Assembly: GCF_004010195.1 (NCBI RefSeq)
Contig: NC_057719.1
Location: 44,971,766-45,035,765, forward strand
From: Chiloscyllium plagiosum
Taxonomy: Eukaryota
DNA: 64,000 nucleotides
Direction: 5' to 3'
A model generated the notes under the pieces. The model ran no database searches. It saw only the letters and a program-made list of their open reading frames with translations, and had not been told where the DNA came from. The translations under genes were made by a program, and so were the position numbers. Below are positions 50,795 to 64,000 of this stretch, in pieces. How positions within the stretch are numbered: the first letter of the stretch is position 1; the number at the start of each line of letters is the position of its first letter.

Positions 50795-51760
50795 TTACGT
50801 TATGGCAGGACAGCTCGGCCATGCAGAATGCCTATGTTCTAACATGGGGAATTATAGACAAAATGTGGCCTGGATGAACACATGTGCGAAGTGGTATCAG
50901 CTGCAGAAACTTGAGCTCAAGGTTTTGGAAACCAAGAGATGGCGAAAGTCACATGGCACATCCATGGAACTAGTGTTATGTGGAAAGCCATTTGCAGAGG
51001 TGGTCAGATTGCATTTCCTGGGCATTCAGGCAGCTGGGGAATAGACTACTGACAGGCTACCAATGAGAACCAAGCCAGAAGTGCAGGAGTCCATGAAGTC
51101 TGGCTCAAGAATTGGTTTTCGATTCTGTACACCAAGGGGGTAAAGATTCTTCAGGAATACAGCAATTGTCAGGCCTGCTGAACAGGAGGGAAAGAAGAAG
51201 AGAGGAAACAGCAGTGTGGATAAGGGCTTGGGCAAATGTTTCTGTGGGTGTGGACCTGAATCCTCTCTAGTATGTTACCTCTCTGATGCCAGAGTCACAG
51301 ATGTCAGGACACTCCTCTGGTGGAGGGTGATCAGCCAGACGTCATGGTCCATATTGGCGCCAAGAGAAGGGGTTGTGGGCCTGCATAAGAACTTAGACAG
51401 CCAAGTAGAATATGAGAAACTGAACCAAAAGTAATAATCGCTGAATTACTCTCAGTACTGAAATTAGGAGGATGAGACAGATGACCAAGTGGCTGGAAAC
51501 TTGATGCAGGATGGAGGCTTAAAATTTCTGGGACAGGCTCTGGAGCAAATAGCACCTGTGCAAGTCTGATGGATTAAACCTGAATAGAGCCAGGACTACG
51601 TTCCTTGAAGAGTGTTTGGCTAGTGCTTTGGGAGAGCTTTAAAATAACTTGGCAGAGGTGTGGAAACCAGGAGAGAATACTATAAAGTAATACCAGAATG
51701 CTCAAACATTTGGGAAAACTGAATGTTGCTTGAATAGAGACTCACAACTTAGCAGCTGTT
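50795..51760 (+). mobile_element. Highly degenerate CR1 ORF1 region
   Basis: Decayed counterpart of 52480-53400 (CYLSDARVTDV, QPDVMVHIG esterase block). Confidence 0.55.
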
Positions 51761-53589
51761 GTTGGAAAATGAGAAACATTAAATCATACAAAATGATACT
51801 AATAAAGGAGGTTGACGGTTAGTATGAGAGCTAGGTATGAAATTAAGAAGCATAAACTTAAGAATCATAATCTCTGCATTATTTCCTGAACCATGTGCAA
51901 ATAGGCAAATGAAATTAGGGAGATAAAAGCTTATCTCAAGGGCCAAAAAGGACTCCGGTTAATTCAAGATGGAGGACAGGAAAAAATTGTGACTGTAAGA
52001 GCTGCTCTTTTTTTTGAGGTATTTAAGGGGTTGGAGGCGATTTCCTCGAATTCCAGGAGGAGCAATTACTGTTTTATATGCCGTTGTATTGTTTTGGAAC
52101 TTTGGGGGAAAGAAGATCAAAATAATGGCACTAAAAAGGAGGAAGACAGACAAAGGCAGTGACCATATGGTCAAAGAAAGAAACTTACACTGCTGTCTCA
52201 CACAGCAGTGAATCTGCATAGTTACTGCCTTTGCTGTTTGAGTTGAAGTACCTCTGAACATTGGAGTGTATCTAGGAAAAACAGACAGCGAAATTCACAG
52301 CTGACCTTGGAGGAACCTCTGTGAGAGAGCTTACAGCACAGGAACAGCTAAGTGCATAGTTTTTAAGTATAACCTTGCTGTGAACTTACAATAGGGAGTA
52401 GAGTGGGTTCTTTCTTGATTATTGTTTTTAGAGCAGTAAGACTGTGCTATTTTCTGGGTCTGTAGTTTGTGAAGGAGCAAACATGGATTTTAGTAGAAAG
52501 ATGTGCTCTTCCTGGCAGATGTGGGAAATTAGGAAGAGTTTCCATGTTAACAATGATTATGTCCACAGGAAATGTCTTTGGTTGTGAATCCTATCAGATC
52601 GAATGGATTGGTTGGAGCAGCAGTTAGAGACAATGAGGAATTCACAGGAGCTAGGGGTTGTGAGGGATGGCAGTTATAGGAAGGAAGAAAAACTGCAGAT
52701 ACATTCAGTAGATATGTTAACTCCAGGAAAGGTAGGAGAGGGAGGCAGGTAGTGGCTATCCCCATTTCAAACATGTATGCTGTTTTGGAAAATGTAGGGA
52801 GTGATGGACTCTCAGGGGAATGTAGCGTGAACAGCCAAACTTCTGGTATCTAGGCTGGCTCTAATGCAATGAGGGTTACGTCAGGTTGTTAAAAGATTGA
52901 TTGTGATAGGGGACTTTCTAGTCAGAGGCATAGACAGATGCTTCAGCGGCCAGCAGCAAGAAATCAGAATGGTGTGTTGCTTCCCTGGTGCCAGGATCAA
53001 GGATGTCTCAGAGAGAGTGCAGAATGTTCTCACTGGGGAGAGGGACCATCAGAAAGTCATTGTCCACATTGGAACCAACAACATAGGAAGGAAAAAGGTT
53101 GAGATTCTGAAGGGAGATTACAGAGAGTTAGGCAGGAATTTAAAAAGAGGTCCTGGAGGAAAGTAGTATCTGGATTACTCCTGGTGCTATGAGCTAGTGA
53201 GGATAAGAATAGGAGGATAGAGCAGATGAATGCGTGGCTGAACAGTTGATGCAGGGGAGAAGGGTTCACATTTTTGGATCATTGGAATCTCTTCTGAGGT
53301 AGAATTGATCTGTATAAGAAGGATGCATTGAGCCTGAATTGGAAGGGGACTAATATTCTGGCAGGGAGATTTGATAGAGCTGCTCAGGAGGATTTAAACT
53401 AGTAGGGTGGGACCCAGGGAGATAATGAGGAAAGGGATCAATCTGAGACTGGTACAGTTGGGAAAAGGAGTGAGTTGAACAGACAAGACAGGCAAGGACA
53501 AAGCAGAAAACAAGGTAGAACTGATAAATTAAGTTACATTTATTTCATTGCAAGAAGCCTAACAGGGAAGTGTTCTAGGATACAAATGG

Positions 53590-55552
53590 TATAGGATGAC
53601 AAGAACAGGGGAACTTCTTGTCAAAATGAAGAAGGCAGCTTATGTAAGGTGGAGGAAGCAAGAATCTAGCACAACTTCAGAGGATTACAGGCTTGCTGGA
53701 AAGGAGCTCAGAAATGGACTGAGGAGGGCCAGAAGGATGCATGAGAAAGGCTTGGCAAGAAGGATTAAGGAGACCCAAAAGCATTTTACTCATACGTGAA
53801 GAATAAGAGAATGATCAGAGAGAAGGTAGGGCCGATCAGGAATAGTGGAGGGAACTTGTGCGTGGAGTCTGAGCAGATAGGGGAAGCCCTACATGAATTT
53901 TTTGCCTCAGTTTTCACTAAGGAAAGGGACCTTGCCGTGAATAAGAACTTTGAGGAGTTAGGATATGGGCTTGAACAGATCAAGATTGATGAAGTTATGT
54001 GTTGGAAATTTTGGCAAACATTAAGCTTGATAAGTCCCCAGGGCCAAACCAGATTTACCCTAGGTTGCTCCGGGAAGTGAGAAAGGAAGTTGCTAAGCAG
54101 CTGGTGAAGATCTTTGCTTCCTCACTCTCCACAGGAGTCATCTTGTAGGATTGGAAGGAGGCGAATGTTGTTCTTCTTTTCAAGAAGGGTAATAGGGAAA
54201 TCCCTGGCAATTACAAACCAGTCAGTCTTACATCTGTGGTCAGCAAGGTTTTGGAAAGAATTCTGAGGGATAGGATTTATGACTATTTAGAAAAGCATAG
54301 CGTGATTAAAGGCAGTCAGCATGGCTTTGTGAGGGACAGGTTGTGCCTAACTAATCTTATTGAGTTCTTTGAGGAGGTGACAAGACAGGTCGACGAAAGT
54401 TGAGCAGTAGATGTGGTGTATATGGGCTTCAGCAAGGCATTTGATAAGGTTCCCCATGATAGGCTCATTCATAAAGTCAGAAGATGTGGGATACAGGGAG
54501 ATTTGGCTGTCTGGATTCAGAACTGGTTGGCTGACAGAAAGCAGAGAGTGGTTGTAGATGGAAAGTATTCTGCCTGGAGGTTAGTATTGAGTGGTGTTCT
54601 GCAGGGCTCTGTTCTTGGGCCTTTGTTCTTTATAGTTTTTTATAAATGATTTGGATGAGGAGATTATGGGGAGGGTTAGTAAATTTACAGATGACACAAT
54701 GGTTGGAGGTGCCGTTGATGATATTGAGGGCTACTGCGTGATATAGACAGGATGCAGAGCTGGGCTGAGAAGATGGAGTTAAACCTGGATAAATGCGAAG
54801 TGATGCATTTTGGAAGGTCAAACTTGAATGCTGAATATAGGATTAAAGACAGGTTTCTTGGCAGTGTGGAGGAACAGAGGGATCTTGGTGTTCAAGTACA
54901 TAGATCCCTCAAAGTTGCCACCCAAGTGGATAGGGCTGTTAAGAAAGCATATGGTGTTTTGATTTTCATTAACAGGGGGATCGAGCTTAAGACTTGTGAG
55001 GTTTTGCTGCAGCTCTACAAGTCCCTGGTGAGACACTCGGAATGTTGTGTCCAGTTTTGTCGTCCTACTATAAGAAAGATACAGAGGCTTTGGAGAGGGT
55101 GCAAAGAAGGTTTACCAGGCTTGCCTTATGAAAAGAGGTTGACTGAGCTTGGACTTTTCTCTCTGGAGAGAAGGAGGAAGAGAGGTGACCTGATCGAGCT
55201 ATACAAGATAACGAGAGGCATGCATAGAATCAATTGCCAGAGACTTTTCCCCAGGGCAGGATTGACTGGGAGGAGGGGTCATAGTTTTAAGATATTAGGA
55301 GAAAGGTATAGAGGAGACGTCAGAGGTAGGTTCTTTACATAGAGAGTTGTGAATGCATGGAATGCGTTGTCAGCGGTGATGGTGGAAGCAGAGTCATTAG
55401 GGATATTTAAGTACCTGCTGGACATGCACATAGACAGCAGTGAATTGAGGGGTGCATAGGTAAAGTTTTATTATTTTACATTAGGATTAATCCTCGGCAT
55501 AACATCATAGGCCGAAGGGCCTGTTCTGTGCTGTACTTTTCTATGTTCTATG
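53590..55552 (+). mobile_element. 5'-truncated CR1 of another subfamily nested in the full-length CR1
   Basis: ORFs 53796, 54413 and 54752 (FSKAFDKVPHDRL, GVLQGSVLGP); its own tail TTCTATGTTCTATG. Confidence 0.92.
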
Positions 55553-55650
55553 AATTGAATTGAATTGAATTTATTGCCACGTCTGCCGAGGCACAGTGAA
55601 AAGTTTTGTCTTGCGTGCAATACAGGCAGTTCACATAGTTAAGTAGCAGG
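55552..55650 (-). mobile_element. 3' tip of a non-CR1 LINE (L2/Rex-Babar-like) with a (CAATT)n tail
   Basis: Minus strand ends AATAAATTCAATTCAATTCAATTC. Confidence 0.5.
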
Positions 55651-58542
55651 GATAGTAAAGAAGGATAGTAAAGAAGGATAGAAATGTGGGTAAGAGAGGA
55701 AGGGAAGTGGCGTTTTTGATAAGGGATAGCATTACGGCTGTACTGAAGGAGGAAATTCCCGGAAATACATCCAGGGAAGTTATTTGGGTGGAACTGAGAA
55801 ATAAAAAAGGGATGGTGACTTATTGGGATTGTATTATAGACCTCCCAATAGTCAGCAGGAAATTGAGAAACAAATTTGTAAGGAGATCTCAGTTATCCAT
55901 AAGAATAGTAGAGTGGTTCTGATAGGAGATTTTAACTTTCCAAACATGGACTGGGACTACCATAGTGTTAAGGGTTTAGATGGAGAGGAAATTGTTAAAT
56001 GTGTACAAGAAAGTTTTCTGATTCAGTATGTGGATGTACCTACTAGAGAAGGTCAAAATGTGACCTACTCTTGGGAGATAAGGCAGGGCAGGTGACTGAA
56101 GTGTCAGTGGGAAAGCACTTTGAGGCCAGCGACCATAATTATATTAGTTATAAAATTAGTGATGGAAAAGGTAGACTGGATCTAAAAGTTGAAGTTCTAA
56201 ATTGGAGGAAGGCTAATTTTGACATATTAAGAAAGAATTTTCAAAAGTTGATTAATGGCAGATGTTCACAGGTAAAGGGGTGTCTGGAAAATGGAAAGCC
56301 TTCAAAAATGAGATAACAAGAGTCCAGAGACAGTATATTCCTTTTAGGGTGAAAATAGGTTTAGGGAATGCTGGATGTATAGAGAAATTGAAGTTTTGGT
56401 TAAGAAAAAGAAGGAAGCATATGTCAGATTTAGACAGAGGAGATCGAATGAATCCTTAGAAGAGTAGAAAGGCAGTAGGAATATACTTAAGAGAGAAATC
56501 GGGGGATTAAAAGGGGACATGAGATAGCTTTGGCAAAGAGAGTAAAGGAGAATCCAAAGGGATTCTATAAATACATTAAGTACAAAAAGGGCCTAAGAGA
56601 ATAGGGCCTCTCAAAGATCAGCAAGGCAGCCTATTTGTGGAACTGCAGGAGATGGTGAGATATACACAAATATTTTGCATCAGTATTTACTGTGGAGAAG
56701 GACATGGAAGATACAGAATGTGAGGAAATAGATGGTGACATCTTGAAAAATGTCCATTTTATGGAAGAGGGGTGCTGGATGTCTTAAAAGACATAAAAGT
56801 GGATAAATCCCCAGGACCTGATCAGGTGTGCCCTAGAACTTTGTGGGAAGCTAGGGAAGTGATTGCTGGGCTCCTTGCTGAGATATTTATATCATTGATA
56901 GTCACAGGTGAGGTGGTGGAAGACTGGAGGTTGGCTAACGTGGTACCACTTTTTAAGAAGGGTGGTAAAGACAAGCCAGGGAACTATAGACCAGTGAGCC
57001 TGACATTGGCGGTGGACAAGTTCGAGGGAATCTTGAGGGCCTGGATGTACATGTATTTGGAAAGGCAAGTACTGACTAGGGATAGTCAACATGGCTTTTT
57101 GCGTGGGAAATCATGTCTCACGAACTTGATTGAGTTTTTTGTAATAGTAACAAAGAGGATTCATGAGGGCAGAGCGGTGGACGTGATCTATATAGACTTC
57201 AGTAAGGCGTTCCACAAGGTGCCTCATGATAGACTGGTTAGCAAGGTTAGGTCTCATGGAATACAGGGAGAACTAGCCATTTGTATATAGAACTGGCTCA
57301 AAGGTAGAAGACAGAGGGTAGTGGTGGAGGGTTGTTTTTCAGACTGGAGGCCTGTGATCATTGGTGTGCCACAAGGATCAGTGCTGGGTCCATTACTTTT
57401 TGTCATTTATATAAATGATTTGGATGTGAACATGGGAGGTATAGTTAGCAAGTTTGCAAATGACACCAACATTGGAGTTGTAGTGGACACTGAAGAAGGT
57501 TACCTCAGATTACAACAGGTTCTTGATCAGATGGGCCAATGGGCTGAGGAGTGGCAGATGGATTTTAATTTAGATGAATGTGTGGTGCTGGATTTTGGAA
57601 AGGCAAATCAGAGCAGGGCATAGACACTTAATGGTAAGGTCCTGTGGGGTGTTGGAGACCTTGGAGTGCAGGTTCATGGTTTCTTGAAAGTGAAGTTGCA
57701 GATAAATAGGATAGTGAAGAAGGCTTTTAGTATTCTTTCCTTTATTTGTCAGAGCATTGAGTATAGGATTTGGGAGGTCATGTTGCAGCTGTACAAGATA
57801 TTGATTAGGCCACTTTTGGATTATTATGTGCAGTTCTGGTCTCCCTACTCTCAGAAGGGTATTGTGAATCTTGAAATGGTTCAGAAAACATTTACTGGGA
57901 TGTTGCCAGGGTTGGAAGATTTGAGCTATAGGGAGAGATTGAATAGAGTGGGATTGTTTTCCCTGGAGCATCAAAGGCTGAGGGGTGACCTTATAGAGGT
58001 TTATAAAATCATGACGGGCATGGATAGAGTAAATAGACAAGGTTTTATCTCTGGGGTGGCAGAGTTCAGAACTAGAGGCATAAGTTTAGGGTGAGAGGGA
58101 AAAAATTTAAATGGGACTTAAGGGACAACTTTTCCATATAGAGGGTGGTGAATGTATGGAATGAGCTGCCAGAGGAAGTGGTGGAGGCTGGTACAATTAC
58201 AGCATTTAAAAGGCATCTGGATGGTTATTTGAATTGGAAAGATTTAGAGGGATATGGGCCAAGCTGTCAAATGGGAATACATTAGGTTAGGATATCTGGT
58301 TAGCACGGATGAGTCAGACCGAAGGGTCTGTTTCTGTGCTGTACATTTCTATGACTGCTGTGGGAGAAGTGTTCTCCATTTCTAGTAGGGCACTGGCATC
58401 AGCACTGGATGAAGTGGGATCTCCACCAGTAAGGCAGCCTCCACTTCAACCATGGGCTGATGTTATTGCCAATTGCATTACTTGGTAGAGAGGTAGAGAA
58501 GAACTTAAACTAATTGGTGGGGGCAAGGAGTCAAATTTGAGA

Positions 58543-59100
58543 GCACAAACAGAAATTGCTGGAAAAACTCAGCAGATCTTGCAGTATGTGTGGAGAGAAG
58601 CAGAGTTAACATTCCAGCTCCAGTGATCCTTCTTCAGAACTGATTGTAGCTAAGAAGAGGTTGGTATATATTCTGAACATGGATTGAGGGGAGTGAAGAG
58701 TAAATGATGGAGCCCTCAGAGAGACTAAAACAATTTGATGACACAGCCTGGTGTGTGGGAGGTTGGGTAAAGATGTGGGAGAAGGTGCTCAGGCCTTAAA
58801 ATTGTTGAACTCGATATTGAGTCCTGAAGGGTGAAATGTCCCCAAGTGGAAAATGAGACGCTGTTCTTCCAGCTTCCACTGAGCTTTGCTGGAGGACTGC
58901 ATCAAGCCCTAGACAGGGATGTAGGCCAAGGAACATAGTGGTGTGTTAAAGTGGCAGACAATCAGAAGCTCAGGGTTATTTTTGTCCAACAGAACATAGA
59001 TGGTCTGAAAAGTGGTCACCCATCCTGCTGCCACACTGGCTGAGATTTCCCATCAATTTCTGTTTGTGTTATTGATTTCCAGTATCCACAGTTCTTCTTA
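58543..59100. mobile_element. Older fold-back Penelope-like insertion (GIY-YIG C-terminus on the minus strand)
   Basis: Inverted ACAAACAGAAATTG / CAATTTCTGTTTGT; minus strand KLEEQRLIFHLGTFHPSGLNIEFNN; TSD TCAAATTTG at 58531 and 59101. Confidence 0.8.
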
Positions 59101-59839
59101 TCAAATTTGGGAAGATGTGGTAAATCAAAGAGTAAAGTCAAGACTAAAGACAAATGTTTAAACACAAGAAATGATAAACAGACCATAACAGGAAGGGAAT
59201 CAACTAACATAAGTCTAGAATTTACAAGAAGTGTAACAAAAAGACTGTATCTAAATGTGTGTAGCAGTTGAACTGTGAGTGCAAATAGAAATGAGTGAGT
59301 AGCCATTACAGGATATGTTGCAGAATGATATGGATTGTAACTTGAACCTTACAAATACAGGACATTTAGTATGGATGGGAAAATAAGAAAAGGGAAGGGG
59401 AGTGGTGGTGACTCTATTAATTAATGATATTCACACGAAATGGAGAGAGGAGCTAAGTTCAGGAAACCAAGACATGGAAACTATATGGATAACGATGAAA
59501 AATCATAAAGATAAGAAGTCACTTGTGGGAGCAATAGATAGGAGCCGTAACTGTAATCACACGATCGGGTAGAGCAACAAAGTAGAAATAATAAGAGCTT
59601 GTCAGAAAGGCACAATGGTAATCACGGGAGATTTTAATTTATATATCAACTGGAAAGGTCAGATGGGTAAAGGTAGTCTAAATGAGTAGTTCAGAGAATG
59701 CCTTCAGTATAATCTATTAGAACACTGTATATGGAGCCAACCAGAGAGCAGGCTCTGTTAGACCTGGTGTTGTGCATGGAGTTAGGATTAATTATTGATC
59801 CCATATCAAAGTCACTCCTGCTTAGCAACAACCATAATA

Positions 59840-60448
59840 ATAGCGAGTTTTGAGAGGATTTGTAGCTCAGGTTGAGGTTTTGGATGTAGGTTTGCTCGCT
59901 GAGCTGGAAGGTTCATTTCCAGATGTTTCGTTCCCCTACTAGGTAACATCTTCAGTGGGCCTCAGGCGAAGCAATGCTGAAAGTTCCTGCTTTCTACTTA
60001 TATGTTTGGGTTTCTTTGGGTTGGTGATGTCATTTCCTTTGGTGATGCTATTTCCAGTGGTGAAGTCACTTCCCATTCCTTTTCTCAGGGGGTAGTAGAT
60101 GTGGTCTAACACGATGTGTTTGTTGATAGAGTTCCAGTTGGAATGCCATGCCTCTAGGAATTCACGTGCATGTCTTTGTTTGGGTTTGTCCTAGGATGGA
60201 TGTGTTGTCTCAGTCGAAGTGGTGTCCTTCCTCATCTGTATGTGAGGATACTAGTGAGAGAGGGTCATGTCTTTTTGTGGCTAGTTGGTGTTCATGTATC
60301 CTGGTGGCTAGTTTTCTGCTTGTTTGTCTAGGCTAGGCTTTCTGGACGGGTTTTGTCTGCTTGTTTGGGTTTGTTGCTGAGAAATTTGCAGACTGTGTTC
60401 ATTGAAGTGTCAATGAACCTTCCAGCTCAGCGAGGAAACCTACATCCG
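59840..60448 (-). mobile_element. 5'-truncated Penelope-like element with inverted 5' segment and 11-bp TSD
   Basis: Minus strand QTSRKLATRIHEHQLATKRHDPLSLVS..REFLEAWHS (GIY-YIG); TSD CAACCATAATA at 59829-59839 and 60449-60459; ~60412-60447 is inverted relative to ~59882-59917. Confidence 0.9.
59919..59958 (-). ncRNA. Minimal hammerhead ribozyme motif (slightly decayed)
   Basis: CCA-CTGAAGA-TGTTACCTAGTAGGGGAAC-GAAA-C-ATC-TGG. Confidence 0.55.
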
Positions 60449-60575
60449 CAACCATAATATGACAGTATTTTATGTTCAGTTTGAGGTATAAAGAAATTTC
60501 TCTAATATTTTAAAAAATTATGAGCAAATGATGCAAATTTGGCTCAAGGAAAAGCCAATAGAAATGCAGTGGTAG

Positions 60576-61125
60576 ACATAGAACATAGAACATAGAACAT
60601 AGAAGAATACAGCGCAGTACAGGCCCTTCGGCCCTCGATATTGCGCCGATCCAAGCCCACCTAACCTACACTAGCCCACTATCCTCCATATGCGTATCCA
60701 ATGCCCGCTTAAATGCCCATAATGAGGGAGAGTCCACCACTGCTACTGGCAGGGCATTCCATGAACTCACGACTCGCTGAGTAAAGAACCTACCCCTAAC
60801 ATCTGTCCTATACCTACCCCCCCCCCCCTTAATTTAAAGCTATGCCCCCTTGTAATAGCTGACTCCATACGTGGAAAAAGATTCTCACTGTCAACCCTAT
60901 CTAAACCCCTAATCATCTTGTACACCTCTATCAAGTCACCCCTAAACCTTCTTTTCTCCAATGAAAACAACCCCAAGTGCCTCAGCCTTTCTTCATACGA
61001 TCTTCCTACCATACCAGGCAACATCCTGGTAAACCTCCTCTGCACCCGTTCCAGTGCCTCCACATCCTTCCTATAGTATGGCGACCAAAACTGCACACAA
61101 TGTGGCCGCACCAGAGTCTTATACA
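60576..61125 (-). mobile_element. Young CR1 3' fragment
   Basis: ORF 60767-61168 CVQFWSPYYRKDVEALERVQRRFTRMLPG; (CATAGAA)n tail; CpGs retained. Confidence 0.93.
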
Positions 61126-61567
61126 TTTCAAGGGATGTTTCAGAATAAACAGAATAGATACATTCCAATAGGAAAGAAAAGTTCCACAGGATAGACCCAC
61201 CATCTATGGTTTACTAGAAATGTTAAAGACAATATCATACAAAAAGAAACAGCATTTACTTGTGCAAAGACAGGTGGCAGATGAGAAGATTGGACAGAAA
61301 TATCAAATGTAATGGTTGTGAACATAGCACTGAGAGAGGAGGTAGAAGGTTAAAAAGAGCTTAGTGACTTGGGACTAACTTCATTCTGAACAACACTGGG
61401 AGAGACTGAATATGAAAACAAAATCTAATAGATGTTTGAAAGTAAGGTAGTTCAATCTGAGACAAATAGATAGTCATTACAGAAAGTTTATGTGCCTTCC
61501 AGCAACTATAGTCTCCTTTACAGTGCAAAAAGGCAGTTAACCATGGCTGACCACAGAAGTTGAAGAT

Positions 61568-61760
61568 AATGAGAACTGCAGAGGCTGGGGAAGTCAGAGT
61601 CTATAAAGTGTGATGCTGGAAAAAGTAGAGCACATCAGGCAGCATGTCAGGAGCAAGAGAGTCAGGCTGAAGAAGAGTTCTGCCCAAAACGTTGACTTTC
61701 TTGCTCCTCAGATTTTGCCTGACCTGCTGTGCGTTTTCCAGCACCACATTTTCTCAACTT
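61568..61760. mobile_element. Old fold-back Penelope-like fragment
   Basis: GTGATGCTGGAAAA..CAGGCAGCAT..AGGAGCAAGAGAGTCA / TGACTTTCTTGCTCCT..TGCCTGA..TTTTCCAGCACCAC, with a decayed CTGAAGA..AAAACGTT core in the middle. Confidence 0.7.
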
Positions 61761-64000
61761 TAACAAAAGAAGTTAACCATTGTATAAGCTTAAACTGAAA
61801 GGCTTATAAAGTGGCTGGAAATAGTAACAAATCTGATGATGGGATTTTAGAATGCAGCAAGGAGGGCCAAAAGAAACTGATGAGGAAACAAAGAATACAG
61901 TATGAATGCAATCTAGCAAAAAGCATAAACGTGAACTGTAAAAGCTTCTTTTGATATGTAATAGGGAAATGTTTGGCTAAGACAAATTTGGATCCATTAA
62001 AAGTAGAATCATGAGAATTTTAATAGCTTCTCTGCCATTTCTCTATTCCCTAAAAAATATGTTTTATCTATATAAGAAATCTCCCAGAATTACAGATCCA
62101 AGTGAACAGGGAGAATGAGGAGATAAAACAAATTAGTATTAGTAAAAAAGTTGTGCTGAAAGTTAATAAGTCTCTGGGACCTGATAGTCTACATTGTAGA
62201 GTACTGAAGGAGGTGGCTGTGGAGATAATTGATGCATTGGTAATTTTGATGTTATGGTGATAATAACAATGGAGCTGAATGAAGAGCAGGACTATGATCA
62301 AATATTCGTGGTTCCGGGGTGCTCAAGAAAGATAAAGGAAAAAATTAGGAGTGATGATGTATTTTTGGTTAAGTAGAGCATTGCAGTACAGTAATAGAAG
62401 ACAAAGATGTCTCAGACTTTCAGATTGATGCTAGTTTTGTGAGCATACACATACAGAAAGCTACCTGAAACTGCGATCTATTTCACAAGGATCTCTGACA
62501 GCCAAAAGGACAGAGAACAATTTTATCTCTTAGGCTGGATTAAAACTCAGAAATGAAAGACCAACAACTGACTCACTGCACAATCCAAATCAAACAGTTG
62601 TAGATGTTCAGTAAAAGTGTGTATAGTATTACAACGGATGTTAGCAGTAAGTTAGTTCAATAGTGTAACATACATTGCATTATTGTGCACTCTGAAATAA
62701 GTACATTTTCTACATTAAATATACCTAAAATATGTTGGGGAAGGTAACAAATCTCTCTTTTTGAATAAGACCAGCAGCTAAATTATTTACATAAAAATGT
62801 TATCATAATATGCAGTCCTCATTCTAGCTAATCCTACCTTTTGCCTAGCCCACCAAAACATGAATACAATCTGTGAATGGTACTACCTCCCTCTTGTGAC
62901 AGAAGGAACACATGACAAAATTTTAAATTATATTTTAATCTTCTGTCTCCAGATTATCAGAGACCAGACATAAGACTGATGATATGTATCAAGTCCTGAA
63001 GGGTGGAGCAATGTGGGAACTGCCCATGAAGTTCCATTTTTTACTGTACAATTCCCCCTGCTTCGTGGCATCCTCAGTGAACATTTGAGTTAGAGTCAGA
63101 GACTTAGGACAGTTCCAATGTACTTACCTGAATAATTCTAAATAGATTAAAACCTGCCCAATTCCTGGGAAACTCCAGAATGAACTCCTCAGCCATCCCC
63201 TATGAACCCCTGACTACCAACTGAGCATCCAAACTGACCCAACTAGTTTTCGGAGTAGCAAAGTATTCAATAAGGGCTCAGTTCATGGCATATTGGAAAA
63301 CAAATGGTGGTACAGCCTGGATGTAGCTTTTCCAGATGAAATTTGGGAATCTTGTTGGTTGCCATTTGATGCCTTCAGTATATGCCTTCATTGTTTAGAA
63401 TGTTAACAATAGACATGACACTGTCATCTATTGGAGTGCTCTAAAAGACACAAATACATTGCAGGGAGGTTGTTCTTCACCCGTTCCACTTTAAATGGCT
63501 GCGCATTATAATTAAACTTGACAAAACATCAAAACTAACATTGCCTTCATTGAATGGATAATTCAAGCCTGGTGCAATTTTGTCCTTATCCTTTGCAGAT
63601 TATGGCAATATCAGGCAAAAGGTTATCAAAATTCTGCTAAGTGTTAATTTCAGGGAGGGTTTCCCTCTGTCAGTCCTACTGAGTACTCTTATACAAATTT
63701 ACATTGCTCACCTCATTCTGTGTGCACCACCTCTCTATGTTGCCATGCCCATCACTTGAAGTACTCACCACTGCAGGGAGCTTCTGAGATTACTGGTGCC
63801 AGCACATTTTTAAAGCATAACTATGCACCAAGTCAAGTGCTACCAGTTATGAATAGCCCCTCACAGTACTCATTAGGAGAGGGAAATGAGAAATTGAGAC
63901 ATCTGAGGGCATAATGGTGGCACAGGTGATACTTCATTGCAAATAGAAGCTCACATACATAAATGTATTACTATTTAACATCATTGTCTGTCTGATCATC

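Larger units (their letters stand above)
51949..58353 (+). mobile_element. Full-length but mutated CR1 LINE (5' UTR, ORF1 with SGNH esterase, ORF2 APE-RT), interrupted at ~53590-55670
   Basis: ORF1 [75 protein letters not shown]; tail TTTCTATGACT. Confidence 0.92.
51790..62275 (+). mobile_element. Old degenerate CR1 (ORF1 end to RT start) hosting at least five later insertions
   Basis: Pieces 51790-51945, 58354-58530, 59160-59830, 60460-60575 and 61125-62275 are collinear CR1 ORF1 esterase, then APE (ITGDFN), then KSLGPDSLH. Confidence 0.6.

Noticed and set aside
1..64000. CRISPR array, prokaryotic operon or defence system
   Set aside because: There are no regularly spaced repeat-spacer units and no gene-dense structure; the content is vertebrate retroelement DNA.

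Overview
This is repeat-dense, AT-rich vertebrate genomic DNA, almost certainly from a shark: it carries HE1-type V-SINEs, a Deu-domain SINE and many CR1/HER1 LINEs. A carpet shark is plausible but is inference only. I found no supportable host gene; the ORF track is almost all decayed retroelement sequence. Main contents: (i) about 20 CR1 LINE pieces, including one full-length but mutated CR1 (51949-58353) inside a nested stack; (ii) a complete but dead minus-strand Gypsy LTR retrotransposon (43392-49373, TSD CTGT, tRNA-Pro PBS, PPT) with the unusual Gmr1-type order gag-PR-IN-RT-RNaseH, an internal deletion, and an ectopic copy of its integrase tail inside RT; (iii) three solo LTRs with similar termini and one unrelated LTR-like insert; (iv) about ten Penelope-like insertions, most with 9-16 bp TSDs and fold-back structure, several with minimal hammerhead ribozymes; (v) tRNA-derived SINEs and Harbinger-like relics; (vi) an unexplained ~440 bp inverted copy of nearby sequence (12405-12850) inserted into a CR1 4 kb upstream. 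I see no convincing wholly novel biological system; the best leads are these structural oddities. Family names come from recalled consensus sequences rather than database searches, and identities are estimates by eye.
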